From Octopus sinensis (Eukaryota), in contig NC_043008.1 in assembly GCF_006345805.1 (NCBI RefSeq), positions 310,001 to 374,000 on the forward strand: a stretch of DNA of 64,000 bases, given 5' to 3'. Below the pieces are notes generated by a model, which saw only the letters and a list, made by a program, of their open reading frames with translations, had not been told where the DNA came from and did not search any database. Every line of letters begins with the position of its first letter. The first letter of the stretch is position 1. Below are positions 52,304 to 64,000 of the stretch, in pieces. The translations under genes were made by a program, and so were the position numbers.

Positions 52304-55300
52304 TTTAGTTCGAATCTAAAAGAAGTTCTACCTCCTACTCCTGGGTTTTAGTTCGAATCTAAAAGAAGTTCTACCTCCTACTCCTGGGTTTTAGTTCGAA
52401 TCTAAAAGAAGTTCTACCTCCTACTCTTGGGTTTTAGTTCGAATCTAAAAGAAGTTCTACCTCCTACTCTTGGGTTTTAGTTCGAATCTAAAAGAAGTTC
52501 TACCTCCTACTCTTGGGTTTTAGTTCGAATCTAAAAGAAGTTCTACCTCCTACTCTTGGGTTTTAGTTCGAATCTAAAAGAAGTTCTACCTCCTACTCCT
52601 GGGTTTTAGTTCGAATCTAAAGAAGTTCTACCTCCCCTCCTACTCCTGGGTTTTAGTTCGAATCTAAAAGAAGTTCTACCTCCTACTCCTGGGTTTTAGT
52701 TCGAATCTAAAAGAAGTTCTACCTCCTACTCCTGGGTTTTAGTTCGAATCTAAAAGAAGTTTACTCCTACTCTCTACTCTTGGGTTTTAGTTCGAATCTA
52801 AAAGAAGTTCTACCTACCTCCTCTTGGGTTTTAGTTCGAATCTAAAAGAAGTTCTACCTCCTACTCCTACCTCCTGGTTTTAGTTCGAATCTAAAAGAAG
52901 TTCTACCTCCTACTCCTGGGTTTTAGTTCGAATCTAAAAGAAGTTCTACCTCCTACTCTCTGGTTTTAGTTCGAATCTAAAAGAAGTTCTACCTCCTACT
53001 CCTGGGTTTTAGTTCGAATCTAAAAGAAGTTCTACCTCCTACTCCTGGTTTTAGTTCGAATCTAAAAGAAGTTCTACCTCCTACTCCTGGGTTTTAGTTC
53101 GAATCTAAAAGAAGTTCTACCTCCTACTCCTTGGGTTTTAGTTCGAATCTAAAAGAAGTTCTACCCCTACCTCCTACTCCTGGGTTTTAGTTCGAATCTA
53201 AAAGAAGTTCTACCTCCTACTCCTGGGTTTTAGTTCGAATCTAAAAGAAGTTCTACCTCCTACTCCTGGGTTTTAGTTCGAATCTAAAAGAAGTTCTACC
53301 TCTCCTACTCCTTGTTTTAGTTCGAATCTAAAAGAAGTTCTACCTCCTACTCCTGGGTTTTAGTTCGAATCTAAAAGAAGTTCTACCTCCTACTCTTGGG
53401 TTTTAGTTCGAATCTAAAAGAAGTTCTACCTCCTACTCTTGGGTTTTAGTTCGAATCTAAAAGAAGTTCTACCTCCTACTCCTGGGTTTTAGTTCGAATC
53501 TAAAAGAAGTTCTACCTCCTACTCTTGGGTTTTAGTTCGAATCTAAAAGAAGTTCTACCTCCTACTCCTGGGTTTTAGTTCGAATCTAAAAGAAGTTCTA
53601 CCTCCTACTCCTGGTTTTAGTTCGAATCTAAAAGAAGTTCTACCTCCTCCTACTCCTGGGTTTTAGTTCGAATCTAAAGAAGTTCTACCTCCTACTCCTG
53701 GGTTTTAGTTCGAATCTAAAAGAAGTTCTACCACCTCCTACTCCTGGGTTAGTTCGAATCTAAAAGAAGTTCTACCTCCTACTCCGGGTTTTAGTTCGAA
53801 TCTAAAAGAAGTTCTACCTCCTACTCTTGGGTTTTAGTTCGAATCTAAAAGAAGTTCTACCTCCTACTCCTGGGTTTTAGTTCGAATCTAAAAGAAGTTC
53901 TACCTCCTACTCCTGGGTTTTAGTTCGAATCTAAAAGAAGTTCTACCTCCTCCTACTCCTGGGTTTTAGTTCGAATCTAAAAGAAGTTCTACCTCCTACT
54001 CTGGGTTTTAGTTCGAATCTAAAAGAAGTTCTACCTCCTACTCTTGGGTTTTAGTTCGAATCTAAAAGAAGTTCTACCTCCTACTCCTGGGTTTTAGTTC
54101 GAATCTAAAAGAAGTTCTACCTCCTACTCCTGGGTTTTAGTTCGAATCTAAAAGAAGTTCTACCTCTACTCCTGGGTTTTAGTTCGAATCTAAAAGAAGT
54201 TCTACCTCCTACTCCTGGGTTTTAGTTCGAATCTAAAAGAAGTTCTACCTCCTACTCCTGGGTTTTAGTTCGAATCTAAAAGAAGTTCTACCTCCTACTC
54301 TTGGGTTTTAGTTCGAATCTAAAAGAAGTTCTACCTCCTACTCCTGGGTTTTAGTTCGAATCTAAAAGAAGTTCTACCTCCTACTCCTGGGTTTTAGTTC
54401 GAATCTAAAAGAAGTTCTACCTCCTACTCCTGGGTTTTAGTTCGAATCTAAAAGAAGTTCTACCTCCTACTCCTGGGTTTTAGTTCGAATCTAAAAGAAG
54501 TTCTACCTACCTCCTATCTGGGTTTTAGTTCGAATCTAAAAGAAGTTCTACCTCCTACTCCTGGGTTTTAGTTCGAATCTAAAAGAAGTTCTACCTCCTA
54601 CTCTTGGGTTTTAGTTCGAATCTAAAAGAAGTTCTACCTCCTACTCCTGGGTTTTAGTTCGAATCTAAAAGAAGTTCTACCTCCTACTCCTGGTTTTAGT
54701 TCGAATCTAAAAGAAGTTCTACCTCCTACTCCTGGGTTTTAGTTCGAATCTAAAAGAAGTTCTACCTCCTACTCCTGGGTTTTAGTTCGAATCTAAAAGA
54801 AGTTCTACCTCCTACTCCTGGGTTTTAGTTCGAATCTAAAAGAAGTTCTACCTCCTACTCTTGGGTTTTAGTTCGAATCTAAAAGAAGTTCTACCTCCTA
54901 CTCCTGGGTTTTAGTTCGAATCTAAAAGAAGTTCTACCTCCTACTCCTGGGTTTTAGTTCGAATCTAAAAGAAGTTCTACCTCCTACTCCTGGGTTTTAG
55001 TTCGAATCTAAAAGAGTTCTACCTCCTACTCCTGGGTTTTAGTTCGAATCTAAAAGAAGTTCTACCTCCTACTCCTGGGTTTTAGTTCGAATCTAAAAGA
55101 AGTTCTACTCCTACTCCACTCTCTTACTCACTGGGTTTTAGTTCGAATCTAAAAGAAGTTCTACCTCCTACTCCTGGGTTTTAGTTCGAATCTAAAAGAA
55201 GTTCTACCTCCTACTCCTGGTTTTAGTTCGAATCTAAAAGAAGTTCTACCTCCTACTCCTGGGTTTTAGTTCGAATCTAAAGAAGTTCTACCTCCTACTC

Positions 55301-55610
55301 TTGGGTTTTAGTTCGAATCTAAAAGAAGTTCTACCTCCTACTCCTGGGTTTTAGTTCGAATCTAAAAGAAGTTCTACCTCCTACTCTCTGGGTTTTAGTT
55401 CGAATCTAAAAGAAGTTCTACCTCCTACTCTTGGTTTTAGTTCGAATCTAAAAGAAGTTCTACCTCCTACTCCTGGGTTTTAGTTCGAATCTAAAAGAAG
55501 TTCTACCTCCTACTCCTGGGTTTTAGTTCGAATCTAAAAGAAGTTCTACCTCCTACTCTTGGGTTTTAGTTCGAATCTAAAAGAAGTTCTACCTCCTACT
55601 CCTGGGTTTT
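52304..55610. repeat. 43-bp tandem satellite, ~75-77 copies
   Basis: Unit ttttagttcgaatctaaaagaagttctacctcctactcctggg, with a recurrent cctggg/cttggg variant and sporadic indels. Confidence 0.97.
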
Positions 55611-56599
55611 TACTCAGAACCTCACCAAATAGTTTTATTTCAAATATGTCGTCGCAGTTTTATTTGCTTTGTTTGTTTGTTTTTTTACCTGTCATTCGAG
55701 TGTTTATTTCTGATTTGTTGTCAACTTCAGAGTTGTCATTCTAACTGTAAATCTGGGAAATTTTTGAAACCATATTTACTTTTTTTGTATGTTTTCATTT
55801 CAATATTTATATTAATTTTGTTTTTTCTTTTAGTTGTTTGTAATTTTGCATCAAGCTATAATATTTACGTAGCTTTCTTTCTTTCTCTCTTTCTATCTAT
55901 CACCACCACCACCACCACCACCACCAGCACTTCGAATAAAAGTTTGAAAAATATTTTCTATTCGTGATTAAAATTATAAAAGCTGAGATCTGTCAAATCT
56001 CTACTTCTTAAGTAAGCCACATCCAGTTTGCAATGCAATTTCAAGTTTATATTTTTGCTGACAAAGAAATATATACGTTACACAAACTCTAGAGACAGTT
56101 GCACAAGCCTATCAAAAGAGCGGCAAACTGGCAGAATCATTATAAGCGTCGAAATAGAATGCCGCGCAGTGTTTGTTTCTACTCGTTGCGTTCAAAGTTC
56201 AAATTTCGCCGATGGCAGCGTTGCCTTTTATTCTTCCCTGGACGACAAAAAATACCAAAATTGAGCAAAGATTGACAGAATCGTGTAAACATCAAACTGG
56301 AAGATCCATTGTGGTATTTATTCCGGCTGTCTTCGCTCTCAGGTAAAATCCTACAATAGCCTCCTTCAATGGTTGCCGTAGTACATCGCCCGGTTTAGTA
56401 TTACCACTTCGCCCTTCAGGTGCCTTTAGCTGAGTTCGTGTTATTACAAGCATACAGGGCAAGTCTCCGGTCTAAGGATACTTTTATCCATTCTCTTTCC
56501 CTCCCACTAATCTGAGAGGCCTCTGCAACGGGTCATGAATACTGCCTTCCCCCCGGGACCACCATAAAGATAAATAGCATGAAACATAACAGAAAAATA

Positions 56600-56970
56600 T
56601 AGACATGGTTGTGTGGTCAAGAGACCTGCTTTGCAACCCTATGGTTTCCGATTCAGACCCGCTTCCCAGCAATTTGAGCAATTGTTTCTACTATGATTCC
56701 AGGCCGACCAAAGCCTTGTGAGTGAATTTAGTAAACACAAACTGCGTAGAATGCCGTCGTATATGTATGAATACATGGTGGACCCTCCCATCGAAGACGA
56801 CACATGAACGTTCAGCTTTTTCTCGAAAGGACCTTCACAAATGATTTATTTATAGTGATCAAACGCTCGTGCCGCACATTCGCTCACTCTCTCCATCAAG
56901 TCGACGTTGTCTGAACAGGTGCCACGGTGTGCAACGCGTCAGGTGTCGAAGTGACCGGAGAGCAACCGTG
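56600..56970. mobile_element. SINE family A head (+) followed by SINE family F tail (-)
   Basis: 56600-56765 matches family A; 56776-56970 matches the reverse complement of 26200-26385. Confidence 0.6.
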
Positions 56971-57026
56971 TGCGTAACAAGTAGTTATCAACTGTTAAAT
57001 GTTTCATTAAAATTTTTCATGGTAAT

Positions 57027-57454
57027 TCCGAAACTATGCTGAGTTTGGTCTCCATGGCTGATGAGAAGATTTCTATGTTTATTTGTCCCTTGCCCTTTTC
57101 CAATAATCGCTTTCATGTTTTATTTCGTGTTTTCATTCCCTCACATACACGCGCACACGTATATGTGAGGTGAATTTAAAACGCAAACACGATACATGCT
57201 ATAGAAGAACTTTTCGGATTCTTTATTTTAAAGTCCTGCCATTACATAACATTATATGTATGCATACGTACATATAATTATATTTAGATACAAACATACA
57301 GAAAGACACATAAACCCCATGTATTATAGGAAGAGAGAGACATTGACACACACATACACATATACCACATTCACACACACTCTACAGACACACACACACA
57401 CACACACACACAAACATTCTCCACAGACACCCATATATATATTATAGAAAAAGG

Positions 57455-57543
<89 letters not shown>

Positions 57544-58623
57544 AACAGGTAGATAGATAAAGAAAGAGAAGGGAGAGATAAAGAAAGCACGAGAAAGAGT
57601 GATAGAAAGAGAGAGGCGTATGTACACACGCATGCACACTTACGGAGCCCGGAAGTGGTGATGTAAAATAATGTTATAAATAAAAACTGTGAAAAGAAAA
57701 TGAAGACGACTCGATGTCTATCAAGACTAGAATAGAAATAAATAATTAAATGAATAAATAGAAGACGAAATGTGTAAATATGTATCAGTTCAGTAAAGCG
57801 AGGATAAATCCGGCGGTGGTTAGTGAGGCATTGAAGAGAAATTATGATTATATCTCTAAAACTGAAGAGTTCCAATCTAACGGTTTGTTTCAGGAAAAGC
57901 AATATTTAATGAAATGTCCTTCAACTAAAAGTAGCTTGGCGCATGACTGTAAGGAAATCCTGTGGGAATTTTCTAATACGAATTTTCTCAAACCTTCAGG
58001 GATATTCTCAGCATTAATTTGTGTAGATTCCATCGAATTATCTCCAGTGAATTTCAGAAAAACGTGAGTGACATCAGTGTGTTTATGTGAGAGAGTGAGT
58101 GATCGTCTGCTTGACTGTGTGTACAATTTAGTTTTATTGGATCGTCGACGTCGCGACTTTTCTATGGCTCTATCGGTTAGAAACTACATTTATAACCACC
58201 AGAGGGATAAGATAATTGAACTGAGTGTTTAGAGATTCTATACACAAAATATTTTCTTCATTATAACAATGTTATTATAAGAGTTTTCTTTTATAATGAT
58301 GGAAATGATAGGCAAAAGTTGTCGTGAGAATCATAGAAAGTCCTATTCTATGTATGATATTATTAACTTCAGATGTCTAACATCGCTTCGTCTGACGACG
58401 TTTCAAGGACTTCAACAGGCGATATTTGCGTTCGATCTTCATCAAATGCTAATCTTTTTTTTTTCACTAACCAAGGAATTTGTTGTTGTTGTTGATGCTG
58501 TTGATATTGTTGTTCCCATGATAGTGTAGGTGATAGTAAGTGCCCCTTGGTGAACACCATTAGTCAGCTGAACAATTAGGTACGCTCTCCATCACACACA
58601 CACACACACACACATACATACAT

Positions 58624-58695
<72 letters not shown>

Positions 58696-58932
58696 GTACA
58701 TACTTTAGAATTTAAATACTCCGAAACTATGCTGGGTTCGGTCTCCATGGTTGATGAAAATATTTCTATGTTTATTTGTCCTTTGCCCTTTTCCAGTAAT
58801 CGCTTCCATGTTCTATTTTGTGTTTTCATCCCCTCACACACACGTGCACACGTATATGTAAGGTGAATTTAAAACGCAAACACGCTATAGAACTTTTGGG
58901 ATTCTTTCTTTCAAAGCCCTACCATAACATAT
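57027..58932 (+). repeat. Dispersed direct repeat of ~220 bp (57027-57253 and 58720-58932)
   Basis: tccgaaactatgctg..ggtctccatgg..aggtgaatttaaaacgcaaacacg present twice, moderately diverged. Confidence 0.85.
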
Positions 58933-59999
58933 TAAAAGATTCGTTTTCTGCTTCAATCACCGAGGTTAAGCCTAGTTGGTTCTTAAATGGCAAACCGTTT
59001 GGGAGATCTAAGCAGCGTAAGCGACACCATATACTTACAACTTGGATGATATAAAAATGAGTTATACGCAGTTACTCTCTCGCTCATACACACACACACA
59101 CACACAGAGTAATATATAACATCACTTATGTTTTTCTCAGTCACTGGAGACACTTTGATGGAAATATACACAAATTAATGCTAAGAAGATCCCCAGAGGT
59201 TTGAAGACATTTACATCAGAAATTCCCACAAGATTTCCTCAGTCATGTAGCAGCAAGCTATTGAAACGTATTTCCTTATTGTTGTTTTAACTCTACTCGA
59301 AGGTGTTCCAGCCATGACCGACACGTCTTTCTCTCAAGCCTTGTGATTTTAGGAGTGCAGTATCCAATCTGTCACCTTGTATTTTCCAGATTGTAAGGTG
59401 TGATTTCAAGGTGATTTGTCTGCTATCTTCGACAGGTGAAAATATCCAATGTGTGAATATGTTTGTGTGCGTCGTGTATGTGTGCATGCATGTGTATATT
59501 TTGTGAGTATGTTTGTGCGTTCCGATTTGTGTGTGTGTGTGATGCATGTGATGTGAGGCTGTGTGCTTGAAATATGTGCGTGTGTGTGTGTGTGGTTAGA
59601 GATATTATGTGTCGCAATATTTGGTGTCTCGGTGACTGATTTTCTCCCACCTTTCGGAAGGAAACGGGGTTTATGTTGTTGCGGCGATCAGTGCTAACAA
59701 CTCCAAGTTGCGAGAACATTGAGCAGAAGTTATCAAACTGGTTTTCATCATGCTGCAGATAACACATTTTTTCCAATATTCAGATGACTTCCCGTCCTCC
59801 ATATCTTCTAATATTTTCAGAACTACAAATTTATTGCTGATGCTCTCCAACGCCATTGTCTGTTCGTCAATACAAGAGCCATTCCTGACAAAAGGAGGCA
59901 TAAAAATCGTCAAATTTAACCCGAAAATACTGAATATTTATATTTAATTTCTATTATCCCGCCTGTATCACCAATCCTACAGATGATAGATAGATAGAT

Positions 60000-60104
<105 letters not shown>

Positions 60105-60179
60105 TAGAATGACAGACAGACAGATAGATAGAATGGCTGCAGTCTAATGACTGAAATAAATAAAAGATATGCATATATA

Positions 60180-60224
<45 letters not shown>

Positions 60225-60269
60225 GTATGTATATATATATATATATGTATGTATATATGTATATATGTA

Positions 60270-60336
<67 letters not shown>

Positions 60337-61136
60337 ATATATGTATATATATATATGTATATATATATATTATATATGAAATTACATGAATTACATGATT
60401 GTATGTGCGTCACGCTTTGGAATTTGGTGGCAGTATAAGATATATGAAGATATATGCAGGTGTATAATACATATTGAGAGAGCTTTTTATCTTTCACAGT
60501 TCGTTCAACTTACAAGCGAAACGCTGAGATGCATCATAAATATGAATTAATAAACATATGTATATGCGTCTGTGTCTGTGTGTGTTTGTGCGTATGTGTG
60601 TATGTGTATGCACACATTTACCTGTACCCAAGTATGTGTTTATGTATGTATATAGGCATGCCTATATACGCAAGCAGTTGGATGCAGACAACAAATGCAT
60701 TGTCTTCTTTCGGCTGCCAAAGATTCCCGCCTTCTGTTTAACGGAACGTACACACACACTTACAAAACGCATATGTACGCATCGACGCATACATACAGCC
60801 ACAAGCAGCCACACACATATACACATATGTGCACACACACATACATATGCACACACATTGCACATTAATACTATTACAAATAGATTGACAAACATAGATA
60901 AATCATTGTTGGCATATACATATGCGTACAAATGCGCACACACACACACGTATACATGTATATGCATATATACATATATATATATATATATGTGTGTGTA
61001 TAAAAACATATATATATATACACATATATATATATAAATGCGTATACATGTATAAACATATAGGTACAGTATATATATATATATATATATCCAAATATAT
61101 ATATATATATATCCATATATATATATACACATACAT

Positions 61137-61178
<42 letters not shown>

Positions 61179-61187
61179 AATATATAT

Positions 61188-61233
<46 letters not shown>

Positions 61234-61287
61234 GTGTGTATATATGTATATATTATATCTGTGTGTATATATATATATATATATTTG

Positions 61288-61320
<33 letters not shown>

Positions 61321-61392
61321 ATCTGTGTGTATATATATATATTTGTATATATGTATATGTTATATATATATTTATATATGTATTATATATAT

Positions 61393-61479
<87 letters not shown>

Positions 61480-61761
61480 AATATATATTTGTATATATAA
61501 ACACACTCATACAGACAGAGAGGCATTCATACATAACTAAATGTAAGCATTGAATGTAATTCTCTGTGTGTGCATGGCGCGTGTGTGTGTTGTGTGTGTG
61601 CCCATTTCTACGAGCATGTACATCTACGTCTCTGTATGTAATATCTGTTCGTACGTATTTCTGTTTCTATACATGTCCATACAGACGTGTTCCCCGTATA
61701 CACATAAATAAACGTCTCTGTATATATATACATACATACACACACACACACATATATATAT

Positions 61762-61836
<75 letters not shown>

Positions 61837-61853
61837 GTATATTATATAAATGT

Positions 61854-61899
<46 letters not shown>

Positions 61900-61930
61900 A
61901 TAATATATATATATATATATTATATATATA

Positions 61931-62013
<83 letters not shown>

Positions 62014-62498
62014 CGTATGTGTATGATGGAATATCAGTCTCCGTATCTACGTTGAGTGTCTTTCTTGTACATCAGAACTAACAACAGAGCGGCCAGTCAT
62101 ACAGAACCATTTCCAGAGATATTCTTTACTATAAATATAGCCAGCTATTCTCGGCCACGCTACACTCTACAACGCTACCATATATAAACTCGCAATGATT
62201 GCATCATTCAAACTCCTTCTCCTTCCCTCTCTTACTCTCTTTCTTTCTTAGACAACTCACTTTGCTTCCCCTTCTCTCTCTCTCTCTCTCAGACTTCATC
62301 TTTATTAGACTCTCTCTCTTAGTCTATCACTCTTTCCCTCTCGCCTCTCTCTTTCTGTCAGCTCTTACTATCACTCTTACTAGCATTCGCAGCCTCTCTC
62401 TTTCTGAGACCTTCTGTAGGTTTTTCTCTCAGCAAACACTCCGTTTCTCTCACTCTGTCTGTCTGTTTCTCTCTCTATTTCACTCACTCTCTCACTCA

Positions 62499-62597
<99 letters not shown>

Positions 62598-62754
62598 GCA
62601 CATTCATTTACCATCTGTCTTAGTTCTTACATCTGAGACTTATCTAACCCGCCCAAACGACTATGTTGTCTGTGTATATATATATATACACATACATATA
62701 TATATATATATATATGAATGTGTGTGAGCGTTTATGTATGTATTTTCCATATGC

Positions 62755-62816
<62 letters not shown>

Positions 62817-63515
62817 TGTGTGTGTAGACATACACATATACACATACGAATGCATACATACGTACATAAATGCATATCTATGTATATACATAGGATATAT
62901 AGACGTATCGATATATAGACATTTCTCTGTGTCATGATATTGAGAATCCATTTGTGATCCACATGCACACACATACACACACAACAAATATATACGTATA
63001 TATGTAATATATATATATGCATATATCTGAGTGTAAGAATACACATACACACAACACACACACATATAATATATATAATATATATATATAATATATATAT
63101 ATATACTATATATATATATATATATATATATACATTATAAATGCCAACATACAAAGATGCAAATATGTATGCATATATATATATATGCATACGTTGTGTG
63201 TGTTTGTGTGTGTTTGTGTGTGTGTGGGGGGAAGTAATAGTGATAGCGTGAATGTTGTGAAAGGAGAGATGTGTTCCTATTAATATATGTATGCATGTAT
63301 ATATGTGTATGTATACGTATGCAGGTATGTATGTATATGTATGTGTAAGTATGTTGGTATGTATGTGTGGATATGTGTGTGTCTGCGGCTACATCTATCG
63401 TTTGTACTCACCCAACTGCATCACCTCTTTCACCCACTTAAACATTCCTTCTCTTATTTCACTATCTTTATATAGCATGGATGAATATGCACACACAGTT
63501 GCGTGAACACACACT

Positions 63516-63557
<42 letters not shown>

Positions 63558-63848
63558 CACACGTACATGCATGTACACGTACATATGCGTATGCGTCTAT
63601 GTGTGTACGTACAAATGCAAACCTTTGAACGTATATGTATAAATATATATGTAAATATACTTCGTATATGTGTGTCTGCGTGTGTGTGTGTGTGTGTGCA
63701 TTGTCTTTGCTATGTGTTCCTTTTTCAAATTAGTTCTTTTCGTTTCAAAATGAGCAAAGAAGACCATCATTATACATACACACGCACATACCTACATGCA
63801 TACATAGAGACATATATACAAGTATATATATACACAAATATATATTCA

Positions 63849-63905
<57 letters not shown>

Positions 63906-64000
63906 GAAGAAGCTGAAGACCAACTCAAAAGCCCTTGAGAAGTGATAACGCACGAAACTCTCGGCAACTGAGTCACATCTCTGTTGCTTCTACTGAATAT

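Noticed and set aside
52304-55610. CRISPR array (palindromic repeat with regular period)
   Set aside because: The intervening sequences are essentially identical rather than unique spacers, there are no cas genes, and the context is eukaryotic. It is a satellite.
52304-55610. Heat-shock element array (GAA/TTC)
   Set aside because: The spacing GAAgTTC and TTCGAA does not match nGAAnnTTCn.
58375-58435. Hammerhead-like GAAAC-GUC-GUC on the minus strand
   Set aside because: No correctly placed CUGANGA core or stem II.

Overview
AT-rich eukaryotic (animal) genomic DNA, extremely rich in microsatellites ((TA)n, (TATG)n, (GATA)n, (TAA)n, (CAT)n). The tRNA-derived SINE families and repeat density look like an Octopus/cephalopod genome (inference). 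No intact host protein-coding gene is supported, and almost all listed ORFs are microsatellite translations, so the window looks intronic or intergenic. Recognisable content: a truncated mariner, five mariner-derived MITEs, a Tigger/pogo-like remnant, a non-autonomous Helitron, a 5'-truncated R4/Dong LINE inside (TAA)n, CR1/L2 and RTE LINE ends, many SINEs, and a 43-bp satellite (~3.3 kb). The most notable structure is a non-coding ~395-bp tandem array (26741-29372) in which every unit carries a type I hammerhead ribozyme motif on the minus strand, consistent with a non-LTR retrozyme. About a dozen more intact or degenerate hammerhead motifs from several sequence families are dispersed across the window, mostly in (TA)n tracts (Penelope pLTR/retrozyme-like). 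All structures were read by eye; none were computed or tested for activity.
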